Under the pieces are notes generated by a model. That model did no database searches. It saw nothing but the letters and a program-made list of their open reading frames with translations, and was not told the origin of the DNA. A program made the position numbers and the translations under genes. From a virus (lineage: Duplodnaviria; Caudoviricetes): a DNA stretch of 25,073 nucleotides. Shown here one piece after another: positions 1-8,676 of this stretch. The DNA lies in IMG/VR virus record IMGVR_UViG_3300049186_000050, positions 1-25,073 of that record. One strand, 5' to 3'. The stretch's first letter is position 1. Every line of letters begins with the position of its first letter.

Positions 1-383
1 GGAATGGATGCCGCTTCCACGCGCACCTTCTCAAACATCTCACTCCAAGTCTTGAATGTGGATTCCCACAACTTCATCAACTGACTTTGCACCGCCAAAC
101 CTGCAACGCCATCCAACACTCTTTCTCCCTCTCCAAATTCGTTCGTTGAATTTGGGGAGGGTCGGGGTGGGGTCGCTTTACGCAAAATAAAATCCTGTGC
201 ATCCTTGCCATATTCCAAAAACAATTCATGCGTAAAACCTGTAAAGAAAACCTGCAACCGCACATTCGCCTTGAACGAAGCCTGATACATCCGCGAAAGC
301 GGAATGCTATCCAATTGGCTGATCAACTTCTCAGCTTTAGATTTCGCTTCACTCAATTCGCTCAGTTTCAAATAAACACTCAT
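1..383 (-). CDS. Partial CDS running off the left end; possibly a head morphogenesis (MuF/SPP1 gp7-like) protein
   Basis: Own translation: ATG at 383 overlaps the portal TAA (TAATG); open to the window edge, MSVYLKLSELSEAKSKAEKLISQLDSIPLSRMYQASF...; product inferred only from its position after the portal. Confidence 0.7.
   Translation of the reverse strand, partial: MSVYLKLSELSEAKSKAEKLISQLDSIPLSRMYQASFKANVRLQVFFTGFTHELFLEYGKDAQDFILRKATPPRPSPNSTNEFGEGERVLDGVAGLAVQSQLMKLWESTFKTWSEMFEKVRVEAASI
125..174. repeat. REP-like palindrome (inside CDS)
   Basis: CCCTCTCCAAATTC-loop-GAATTTGGGGAGGG followed by TCGGGGTGGGG. Confidence 0.75.
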
Positions 384-1669
384 TAGATGCTGATTCCTTG
401 CAAGCTCTTCGCAAACTTCTCCGCGCTGAACCCATCCGAGCTCAACAGATCCACATCCACATCCCGCAGGAACTGAGCCATCAACAACTGGATGATTTCA
501 TCCTTTACACCCAACACCTTCAACCGTGCACCCGCATCCGCCAGATCACGCAGATCTGTGGGCGTGATACTCTTCGCCTTGCGCCAGATAATTTTGTAAT
601 CCACGCTCGCAGGCAACACACCCTGCATCAGCCATTCGCGTTCCAGCAACGGTTGAATGATCTGCAACGATGTCCACTCACGGCCCTGGTTCAAAGTCTC
701 TTCATACTGCTCTTTCTTCTCACCTAAAATATCGCGGTTCAAATTACCGCCATAAGCGATCAACTCCATCGGCACATCCGAAGCCGTGAACATCGTCGCA
801 ATGTGATGCTCCACATCGGCGATCTTGTCCAAATTCCCATCACCCGAATGCACGGTCAAAGAGCCCGGCTTATTCGAGAAGAAATCGATCACCGCTGCCA
901 ATTTGCCCAGCGCCGCCTTATTCTTTTCCTTGTACTCTTCCACATCCGCAGGCGAACCTTCGATCACATGCTGCCTCAGCTGCGCCCCACCCATCTTCCT
1001 GCGCACCGCCACATTCAACTCACCATCTTCGGCATATTTGAAATGCTTGCGGGCTGGCTTCATCATCGGCGTGCCATATCTCGATTCTTCGTCATGGTCC
1101 CACCGCGCATGGATCATCTTCCACTCCGGGAACCAGATCGCATCTTTCGGTGGTTCAACCCCATAGTGATTTGAATCAGACATCCAATAGGCTTTTTGCG
1201 TATCTGCGAACTTGTCTGCCCGGTCTGAATTTCGGTGTACCTGCAAAGTGGGCTTCCGCGTCACATCCGAGATATGCAAGCCATCATCCACGCTCACTTC
1301 AAGGAATGAATCACCATCCCGCATCGAAAGCCTTAGCCAATCCTCCAACCTTTGATTTAAGTTCAATCGTGTCTGCAAGTCAGTGGCGATCTGCATTGCC
1401 GGTGCATTCTTCGTCTGAATGATGAACCCATTCCGCAACAGATCCCGCGCATAATCCTTATGCATCTTTTTCACCCGCGGATCACCGTCATACATCGACC
1501 GGCAATCCTTCACCACCGCCGCCCGCGAATTCTCCACCTGAAACCGGCTCATCACCGATTCAGCGATCACCGGCGCTATACTCCCCTCTCCTTTAGGAGA
1601 GGGGTTGGGGGTGAGGTCTGGATTGAAAAACGCATTCACGCGCTGTCGTAATGTGGGAGATTTATTCAT
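383..1669 (-). CDS. Phage portal protein
   Basis: 428 aa; portal-like segments WLRLSMRDGDSFLEV, MIHARWD..ESRYGTPMMKPAR, VPMELIAYGGNLNRD; size and phage head context. Confidence 0.8.
   Translation of the reverse strand: MNKSPTLRQRVNAFFNPDLTPNPSPKGEGSIAPVIAESVMSRFQVENSRAAVVKDCRSMYDGDPRVKKMHKDYARDLLRNGFIIQTKNAPAMQIATDLQTRLNLNQRLEDWLRLSMRDGDSFLEVSVDDGLHISDVTRKPTLQVHRNSDRADKFADTQKAYWMSDSNHYGVEPPKDAIWFPEWKMIHARWDHDEESRYGTPMMKPARKHFKYAEDGELNVAVRRKMGGAQLRQHVIEGSPADVEEYKEKNKAALGKLAAVIDFFSNKPGSLTVHSGDGNLDKIADVEHHIATMFTASDVPMELIAYGGNLNRDILGEKKEQYEETLNQGREWTSLQIIQPLLEREWLMQGVLPASVDYKIIWRKAKSITPTDLRDLADAGARLKVLGVKDEIIQLLMAQFLRDVDVDLLSSDGFSAEKFAKSLQGISI
1581..1618. repeat. REP-like palindrome (inside the portal CDS)
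   Basis: CCCCTCTCCT-TT-AGGAGAGGGG followed by TTGGGGGTGAGG. Confidence 0.8.
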
Positions 1670-1702
1670 CCTTGATCCTTCATCATTCAGCCTTCATAAT
1701 TA

Positions 1703-2137
1703 TTAGTCTGCAAATACTTCCTGCACCATGCGTTCCAGCTTCGGAAGGTTATTCTCGATCGTGCTCATAACAATGGCGTATCTGCCGCCATTCGATAATT
1801 CCAAAAACTTTCCATAAAAAACTGTATGCCCCAATGTGATGATCAACGTCTGTGCATCACCGCTTTCAATTGCCACATCGCTCATCTCTGCCTTGGCTTC
1901 CGGTGATACTTCGCCTGTGATCGTGCCCAGGTCAAAACCATCCACCGCAAAGAACAGCCCGCCACGTGCATTCGCTGTGCGGTCTTCCCAAAGCGCATTC
2001 TCGCGCGCCTCATCCTGAATGGACTGCCCCCAATAATTCGCCACCGCTTGCAATGCCACCAACGCTTTCTGACCATAATCATCAAGCCCTTTGGCGATCA
2101 CATCCGGCGAAACAACCCATTCAAAACCATCCGTCAT
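1703..2137 (-). CDS. Neck/tail-completion protein (HK97 gp10-like)
   Basis: 144 aa; WEDRTANARGGL and LGHTVFYGKFLEL..GGRYAIV motifs; located after head-completion genes. Confidence 0.7.
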   Translation of the reverse strand: MTDGFEWVVSPDVIAKGLDDYGQKALVALQAVANYWGQSIQDEARENALWEDRTANARGGLFFAVDGFDLGTITGEVSPEAKAEMSDVAIESGDAQTLIITLGHTVFYGKFLELSNGGRYAIVMSTIENNLPKLERMVQEVFAD

Positions 2138-2445
2138 TCTTCAACGATTCCTTCAGCGATCGTTGCAGCCAACCGATTCAACTGCACGAACACCACACGG
2201 ATCAACTTCCCGTCATACGTCAATCGATCATCCACGGCAATATCCATATTCGGTTCACCCAAAATAAAACAAGCCTGTTTCGCGGCCCGTGCTGCATCAC
2301 TCTGCATGAAGAACCCGCGCGCGCCTGTATACTCGATGCGCATGGGTTGTGTGCTCAGCGAAGCCTCTGCCCGCCGAATCACCAACGACACTTCATTCCG
2401 TGCCCGTATCTTCCGCATCCGTGCCTGATAAAAAGTTGTGTTCAA
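2134..2445 (-). CDS. Putative head-closure (stopper) protein
   Basis: Beta-rich ~103 aa ORF with DIAVDDRLTYDGKLIRVV; between adaptor and neck gene. Start uncertain: TTG at 2445 preferred over 2490, which overlaps the upstream gene. Confidence 0.55.
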   Translation of the reverse strand: MNTTFYQARMRKIRARNEVSLVIRRAEASLSTQPMRIEYTGARGFFMQSDAARAAKQACFILGEPNMDIAVDDRLTYDGKLIRVVFVQLNRLAATIAEGIVEE

Positions 2446-2450
2446 ATCAT

Positions 2451-3077
2451 TTATCCATAGGCTACATGCGAACCGTTGTACCGCTCGCACGCATCCACAT
2501 ACTCACGCTCTATGTCATTCGCATTCTTGCGGCTCGTATCACTGCCGCCTGAAAGGTCTTCACTCACCGCGCCAAAACTGTATTTAATACTGTCACCAGC
2601 CTGGTCATTGGCGATCTTCATCAACGCCTTGCTCTTTGCCAGCAGCAAAACGATCTGCGTCTCTTCCTCGCCCAGTGTTGTGTAATCGCCACCGGTCGCC
2701 ACCCAAGCGGACTTATATCTGTAATACCTGGTCATCGAATAACCCGGCGTCGGAAAGAACGTGATCTGCTTGTTGACGATGGTATAAACTTCCTCGAAAT
2801 CCTTGCTCACCGGAATGAGTCCGCCATTCGTAAACATTACACCATCCACGCCCACCAGCGCATCCAGGTTGATCAACTTCAAAAAGTCAGTTGCCAATGA
2901 ATAAACCGCCGTGCCCGAGACAATTGCCAGCGTGGAGATCTTCGTCACGCCACAGCGCCGTGAAAAATCAATGACCGCATCTTCGATCGCGTTGGTATAT
3001 TGCGCAGTCGTAGGCACCCCATCCACCGCGGGCACTTCCGCTTGCAACTCCGTCAACATCGCCGCTAACGTGGTCAC
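2451..3077 (-). CDS. Putative head-tail adaptor protein
   Basis: 208 aa; helical N-terminus MTTLAAMLTELQAE, then AIEDAVIDFSR and VSGTAVYSLATDF, typical of adaptor proteins; GTG start overlaps the upstream stop. Confidence 0.6.
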   Translation of the reverse strand: MTTLAAMLTELQAEVPAVDGVPTTAQYTNAIEDAVIDFSRRCGVTKISTLAIVSGTAVYSLATDFLKLINLDALVGVDGVMFTNGGLIPVSKDFEEVYTIVNKQITFFPTPGYSMTRYYRYKSAWVATGGDYTTLGEEETQIVLLLAKSKALMKIANDQAGDSIKYSFGAVSEDLSGGSDTSRKNANDIEREYVDACERYNGSHVAYG

Positions 3078-3433
3078 TACTTTCTACCTTTCTTCACACG
3101 CCGTTTTTGAACAGGAACTTCCGCTTTAACTTCAGCATGTTTCTTCTTGAATCCGCGTCGAACAGGTTTGCTCTCAGGTTCACTTTGAACAATCTCTGAA
3201 GATTCAACACTGCCTTCAACAGCCAATTGCTGATTGCTAATTGCTGAAGGCTGCTCATCCTGCACCAACTGCACTTTCAACAAAGCCACCTTTGGTTCAT
3301 CGCTGATTTGAAGATCCGCATCACCAACATAGAGCTGCGCCTGTTTCGGTGTCACATCCCTGCTTTCACCTGGCTTCAAATACCGGTCCGCAACCATCTT
3401 TGGAGTTGTTCCTATATTTTTGATTGTTGGCAT
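3077..3433 (-). CDS. Hypothetical phage protein with a low-complexity basic C-terminus
   Basis: 118 aa; GGAGA RBS; a small protein with a basic tail is common after capsid genes. Confidence 0.7.
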   Translation of the reverse strand: MPTIKNIGTTPKMVADRYLKPGESRDVTPKQAQLYVGDADLQISDEPKVALLKVQLVQDEQPSAISNQQLAVEGSVESSEIVQSEPESKPVRRGFKKKHAEVKAEVPVQKRRVKKGRK

Positions 3434-3447
3434 TTTTTATTCTCCAG

Positions 3448-3488
3448 TCCCCCCTTCCCATTTGGGAAGGGGGCTAGGGGGTTAGGTC
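3448..3488. repeat. REP-like palindrome (intergenic)
   Basis: CCCCCTTCCCA-TT-TGGGAAGGGGG followed by CTAGGGGGTTAGG. Confidence 0.8.
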
Positions 3489-3496
3489 ATTTCAAC

Positions 3497-4027
3497 TTAC
3501 GGTACACGATGACCAAGCACATACACGGTTGCATCGGGTTGGGTGGCACCAGTCGCAGACGTAACGCGCAACGTGCCGCCTGCTGCAATTTCCCATTGCG
3601 CATCATCCAAACTGGTGCAACGGACAAGATCCTTATCACTGCCACTGGCAGCCATGGCGTTGGTGATCGCGGTCGCTCCGTTTTTCACGGTCAGCGTGGT
3701 GCTCGAAACACCCGCGCCGCGCAACACATGCCACACATCGATCACACGCGTTTTATGCGTTAGGATCACATCGGTATCAGCCAATGCACCCGCCGCAATA
3801 TCAATGCGATGCAGCACCGGAATGCCGCCGATCACATTCGCATTTGCGATGAACTTCAACACCAGACCCGTCAAGCCAGCGCCCGCTGCACCAACTTCGA
3901 TCTTCGCTTCAGTGACCGCATTCGCCGCGATCTTGGCTGTGGTCACGGCCAGTGCACCGATCTTCCCAGCAATGACAGCCAGGCTATTGATCGCGCCAGT
4001 TCGTAAATTTACATCAGGGGTAGGCAT
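3497..4027 (-). CDS. Putative head decoration/head fiber protein
   Basis: ATG at 4027 with AAAGGAG RBS (176 aa); fiber-like repeats IGALAVTTAKIAANAVTEAKI followed by a beta-rich domain; directly after the capsid gene. Confidence 0.65.
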   Translation of the reverse strand: MPTPDVNLRTGAINSLAVIAGKIGALAVTTAKIAANAVTEAKIEVGAAGAGLTGLVLKFIANANVIGGIPVLHRIDIAAGALADTDVILTHKTRVIDVWHVLRGAGVSSTTLTVKNGATAITNAMAASGSDKDLVRCTSLDDAQWEIAAGGTLRVTSATGATQPDATVYVLGHRVP

Positions 4028-4101
4028 TTCAAATCTCCTTTGTTGGGCATACCTGCTCACAAATGGCAGGATTCATCTCAACACAAATAATTTTTCATAA
4101 T

Positions 4102-4140
4102 TCCCCTCTCCTTTTATAGGAGAGGGGTTAGGGGTGAGGT
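4102..4140. repeat. REP-like palindrome (just after the capsid stop)
   Basis: CCCCTCTCCT-TTTAT-AGGAGAGGGG followed by TTAGGGGTGAGG. Confidence 0.8.
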
Positions 4141-4146
4141 TATGGG

Positions 4147-6804
4147 TTACGCAAACTTCACAAACGACGCCTTGCCAGGGATCGGGGCAATGGAACCGTT
4201 GTACTCTTCAGCATAGTATTGCTTAGCCGCAACAAGCTTGCCATTGCTATAGGTTGGGAATGGACCCTCCACAGTCATGGGTCGGAACACGCGGTGCATC
4301 ACAACTTCACGGTTGACGCACAAGCCCCAGCCATCACGCATTTCTTCCGTATCGAAAATGGGCAGACCTTTGACACCACCTGCAAAGCCAGCGGCATTCA
4401 ACAGCGCATTCGGGAAACCAGCGCGGGTGAAGCCATCCCAGTTGCTCAGATAGTCTGAATTGGTTTTGCTCAACAGGTAGGATGTGGGTTCATAATGGCG
4501 ATTCGCCACCTTGACCTTGGCATAGCCAAGGTATTCAGCCAGCAATGACCATGGATCGCTGGCAGCGGTCCATGTGCCACCACTGTTCGATGCCACCGAG
4601 AGAGCTGCCCTCAATGCCTTTTCGATCAAACGGCGATCTTTATCACGGCGTAACTCACGGATAATGTTCGCCATGGTGCGACCCACTGCATCCCAACCGA
4701 TCTGTGATGCACTGAAAACGATCGCTTCACTGGTGATGTAATCAGCCAGGCGATCAGCCGCAGCGGTGATGGTCTGGTAGGCGAGCGTGGTCTTCGCACG
4801 TTCGATTTCCTGATTTTCGCCCTGGCGTGTAGCATGATAGGTGTAATCCACCAACATATCATTCGCATCGATGGCACCGGCGGAGATAGGCGTGATGGTG
4901 CCCAATTCATAATCAATCACAAAATCAACGCCTTCCACATAAGTGGTGCCAGCGGGGTTACTGGTGACAACGACAGTGCCAGGGATGATGTTGGGGTGAG
5001 CCAGGGCATACGTGGTACCTTCCACGCCAGCGGTTTCCACTTCATCAGTGATAGATACTTCGAAGCCGGTCTCGCCAGTGAATGTCTCGTAAAAGATATT
5101 CATCGGGCTTTGATCCATGATGCCAAAGTCAAAGACATTGGCGGCCACCAGGTTCGGATAAGCCTCCGCGATAACGGTGCGGCTCACACTGTAGGGCAGG
5201 TTCAAGTCAGATGTGGTCTCAGCCTCTTCGAACTGCTTGGCTTCTGCCATCAACTGGCGCTGGAACATCTTGTCGAATTTCTCCAACAGCATTTCGGTCA
5301 AAATCGCCGCGGGACTTTCAGCGCGCAAGACCAAAGTGCGCTTGGCACGCTTCTCATGCTTGCGGACCGATTCACTCAGCTCGAAAGCCACACGCGCAAA
5401 GGAAGGTGTACCGGTTTCCTTTTCCAACACATCTCCGAGCACCTGCACGCGTTTGGTCTTCTCATCGAAGCCCATGCCCACGAGGATGCCTTCAGCGGCC
5501 ATCTTGCTGAACTGCTTGCGCTGGCTCTCAGCGAATTTCTTCACCGCATCAGGCGTGGTGAATTCATTCTCTTCGATGCTCTCAGCGAACATCTTGTTCA
5601 ATGCCGCACCGAAAGGCAGATCTTTCACTGCTTCCGCTTTGGCAGCATTAACTTCATTCTGCTTCTGGCTCTCATCGAACTGGCGTGCCTTCACAGCATT
5701 GCTCTTCACGGCTTCGATGATGTTCGCATCCGCACCAATGCCCAAAGCGGAGCGCAGGGATTCATCGAGTTTCTTCAACTGCTTATCATTGAGCGCTTCG
5801 AGCTGCGCTTCGGTCATGCCCTTGTTGAACAATTCAGGCTGTTCAGCAAGTAATTTCTTAAGTTCTTCTAACAGGTTCATGTCATCCTCCATAGATGAAT
5901 TATTTTTTGATTCGATTAATTGAGCGCTGTTCTCAAAGGATGGTTCCAACACCAGGTCGAAACCGGTGATGTGCAACTCACTCACTTCAAAAACTTTATC
6001 GTCGCCCTTGCCAATATGTTTGCCTTCACCATAGCCACGCAGACTCACACCCGGCATCACGCCGCCTTCCATCAGGGTCAGGATGTCCTTACCTTTGCTG
6101 GTTTCCAAAATGCGACCGGTGATATCGACCTGCCTGCCATCGAAATTCACTTCGTCCCATTTGGTCACTGTCTCCAGCAAATTCGGACGCCCGCCCTTGT
6201 CAGACGGATGTTCTGCTTCTCCGAGAATCTGAATCGCTCGTCCTTGTCCTGCGCTCTCATTCAGATGACCACGCAACTCCGTGACCGCTGCTTCCACCAC
6301 AGAACTCGGATATCGGCGGTTGTTGCCATTGACAACATTCGCCGTGATTGCCTTTTCAATTTTGATGCGCCTGGGCTTCCCCTCTTCACGTTCCGTCAAC
6401 ACCAACTGCGCATCGATCCGTTCCTCAAACCGCTGCCCCTTCTTCTTTCCTGGCTGACTGCTAACCGCTAACCGCTGACTTTCAGCCACCGCCACATCGC
6501 TCGCCCTCGTCTGCGGCTGATAACCCAGCTCCACGATCTCCCATTGATCACGTGCCGCGAACGTATACACATCACCGCTCTTCGTGAATGGGACTTTATA
6601 AAACTCGCTGGGCATCAACTCAGTGGAGCTGTAACACTCCACCACCACATGATCCGCAAACGAATCGATCACATAAAAGTTTGGACCGTAATCCACATAC
6701 GGGAACTGCCTGCGGAATTGCTCACTGATCCAACGCTGGGTATATTCCAATGAGCCTTTCACCAGCTCAGTGATCAGATTGCCTTTTTTGATTTTCTTAG
6801 CCAT
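4147..6804 (-). CDS. Fused prohead protease (T4 gp21-like) - scaffold - major capsid protein
   Basis: ATG at 6804 with CAGGAG RBS (885 aa); protease motifs NGNNRRYP, GEAEHP, GVMPGVSLRGYG, FDLVLEPSFENS; acidic helical scaffold region; capsid-like C-terminal ~360 aa. Confidence 0.85.
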   Translation of the reverse strand: MAKKIKKGNLITELVKGSLEYTQRWISEQFRRQFPYVDYGPNFYVIDSFADHVVVECYSSTELMPSEFYKVPFTKSGDVYTFAARDQWEIVELGYQPQTRASDVAVAESQRLAVSSQPGKKKGQRFEERIDAQLVLTEREEGKPRRIKIEKAITANVVNGNNRRYPSSVVEAAVTELRGHLNESAGQGRAIQILGEAEHPSDKGGRPNLLETVTKWDEVNFDGRQVDITGRILETSKGKDILTLMEGGVMPGVSLRGYGEGKHIGKGDDKVFEVSELHITGFDLVLEPSFENSAQLIESKNNSSMEDDMNLLEELKKLLAEQPELFNKGMTEAQLEALNDKQLKKLDESLRSALGIGADANIIEAVKSNAVKARQFDESQKQNEVNAAKAEAVKDLPFGAALNKMFAESIEENEFTTPDAVKKFAESQRKQFSKMAAEGILVGMGFDEKTKRVQVLGDVLEKETGTPSFARVAFELSESVRKHEKRAKRTLVLRAESPAAILTEMLLEKFDKMFQRQLMAEAKQFEEAETTSDLNLPYSVSRTVIAEAYPNLVAANVFDFGIMDQSPMNIFYETFTGETGFEVSITDEVETAGVEGTTYALAHPNIIPGTVVVTSNPAGTTYVEGVDFVIDYELGTITPISAGAIDANDMLVDYTYHATRQGENQEIERAKTTLAYQTITAAADRLADYITSEAIVFSASQIGWDAVGRTMANIIRELRRDKDRRLIEKALRAALSVASNSGGTWTAASDPWSLLAEYLGYAKVKVANRHYEPTSYLLSKTNSDYLSNWDGFTRAGFPNALLNAAGFAGGVKGLPIFDTEEMRDGWGLCVNREVVMHRVFRPMTVEGPFPTYSNGKLVAAKQYYAEEYNGSIAPIPGKASFVKFA

Positions 6805-7072
6805 GGTTATTCTCCTGAATTGCATTCTTCGGTTGCTCAAATATCTCGTTCTTTGCCGTCAACCATACTGGCGGTTGAGTTTGTCCGCTGTAAACAGAAA
6901 GCCAGATCTTGCCAAAAAACAAAGCCGATAAACGCTCACGCCACGTCATCTGCCAAAGCGAGATGCACTGCATTCCATCGGTAAACACAGGCAAACTTCC
7001 GCACTCTTCATCGGTCATGCCTTGCGGCTTTGCCAGATTTTTATTTGCTTGTTCAAACTTAATCGGGTCCAT
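6797..7072 (-). CDS. Conserved hypothetical phage protein
   Basis: ATG at 7072 with GGAGAG RBS; motif ECGSLPV.TDG..CISLW..TWRERL...FGKIWL resembles a small phage protein family. Confidence 0.7.
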   Translation of the reverse strand: MDPIKFEQANKNLAKPQGMTDEECGSLPVFTDGMQCISLWQMTWRERLSALFFGKIWLSVYSGQTQPPVWLTAKNEIFEQPKNAIQENNHG

Positions 7073-7086
7073 ATTCTCTCCAACTT

Positions 7087-8676
7087 TCAAACATTCAAAC
7101 TTTCGAACAATGATTCAGCCGTAACAACAATAGCTTCCGCACTCGCGGTCTTACTCGTGCCACCATCTTCCGCGATCATCTGCACCCCCCCCGATACCGT
7201 ATCCACATCATCGTCATGGCGACCCTTCGGGAACGAAGTCGCCTCTCGAATAAAATCCAAATTCCACGGACCGCGCACCAGCTTCACGTGTCCCTGTTTC
7301 GCGCGTAATTGCCACGGACGTGCCCGTTCAACTTTGTCACCCAATGGCTTGATCGCCCGAATATTGACCTTCACCAAGCCCTTATCTTTCATGAACTGTT
7401 GGAATACAAGTTTCTGAAAAGCCACATCTTCCACGCCCCATTCCGTTTTCAGTTCAGAATCATCGAGCATCAGTGTGCGGCATTGCGGCAAAAACTCCTT
7501 CAACTCACGCACCTTCAGCCGGTCACGTAAAAGAATGTCACCGCTTTTTTCATCATGCGCCACTGCGATCGTCGAATTACTATCGCTCGTTTTGCTCTCG
7601 CCCAACGCCAGGTCGATATACCGATACCACTGCAAATTCTCAGGCGCTTTCTCCACGATCTCAAAATCCTTATCGTCGAAGAACTCACCGTCTGCCATGC
7701 GTGGCAATTGTTGGAACAACGCTTCGAAGTCATAATCCAGCATATTCGCGCGCGTGCGTTGGATCTTCGTCGCATCCGACCGCTCCACCCACAACGGTTC
7801 ACCCGGCTTGCGCCCCAGCGGATCACCACCCAGCGGGATATAAATGCCGCGCAATAAATTCTCTTTAAACTCTGCCTCGGTCTTCGGATATTGATCTTCC
7901 TGCAAAGCCAGCGCAGGTAAAAAGACCACATCATATTGATCTGAATCCGCTTCACTCACCATTTGAGTTAATAGCTGACCAACCAGATCTTCCTGATCCC
8001 AACGCGTATGCATGATGATGATCGCTGCGCCTGGCGTATTCGCAACGCGCGGATACACCACCGAACGGAACCAGCTCATCACCTTCTTGCGATAGACTTC
8101 ACTCTCCGCATCTTCACGGCTCTTGAACGGATCATCGATCACGATCAGGTTTGCCGGGCGACCGGTGATACCACCGCCCACACCTGCCGCAAACACCGAA
8201 CCGCGATGCCCCTGTAAATTCCACGAGACCACACTGCGGCTCTCGGGGCTCAACTCCACCGGCGCATCCAAGGACGAGCGCTTGCCAAACACATTGGCAT
8301 AAGCATCACTGCCCACATAATTTCGGGTGATGCGGCTGTTCTCCGTTGCCAGGTCTGCACCGTAGGATGTCAGAATGATTCGTGAATCAGGCAGGTCGCC
8401 CAATATCCACGAAGGAAATAAACGGCTCACCTGTTCGGTCTTGCCATACTGCGGCGGCATGCACACGATCAAGCGCCCGATTCCTTTTGCGCCTTTCGTC
8501 TCAATATGCGTCTTCACCTGTTCCAGTTTTTCAGCCAAATAAATATGATGCTGCGCCGGTTCATACCACGGTGCCACATACCTGCTGTAATCAATCAAAT
8601 GGCGACGTGCCAAAACACGCCGTGCGCGTTCAGCTCGTGCCAATTGTGCTTTGCTTATAGTGGCTGGAAGTGCCAT
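7087..8676 (-). CDS. terL: Terminase large subunit
   Basis: 529 aa; Walker A variant MPPQYGKT, GVGGGITG, Walker B IVIDDP, coupling motif HTRW, nuclease residues YIDLA and HDDDVD. Confidence 0.95.
   Translation of the reverse strand: MALPATISKAQLARAERARRVLARRHLIDYSRYVAPWYEPAQHHIYLAEKLEQVKTHIETKGAKGIGRLIVCMPPQYGKTEQVSRLFPSWILGDLPDSRIILTSYGADLATENSRITRNYVGSDAYANVFGKRSSLDAPVELSPESRSVVSWNLQGHRGSVFAAGVGGGITGRPANLIVIDDPFKSREDAESEVYRKKVMSWFRSVVYPRVANTPGAAIIIMHTRWDQEDLVGQLLTQMVSEADSDQYDVVFLPALALQEDQYPKTEAEFKENLLRGIYIPLGGDPLGRKPGEPLWVERSDATKIQRTRANMLDYDFEALFQQLPRMADGEFFDDKDFEIVEKAPENLQWYRYIDLALGESKTSDSNSTIAVAHDEKSGDILLRDRLKVRELKEFLPQCRTLMLDDSELKTEWGVEDVAFQKLVFQQFMKDKGLVKVNIRAIKPLGDKVERARPWQLRAKQGHVKLVRGPWNLDFIREATSFPKGRHDDDVDTVSGGVQMIAEDGGTSKTASAEAIVVTAESLFESLNV

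Noticed and set aside
77-265. 62-aa minus-strand ORF from the track
   Set aside because: Alternative frame within the longer ORF that starts at 383 and runs off the window
4834-5853. 339-aa plus-strand ORF, and other long plus-strand ORFs such as 8868-9941, 10300-11076, 19713-20474 and 20925-21734
   Set aside because: Antisense shadows of well-supported minus-strand genes; no motifs and atypical composition
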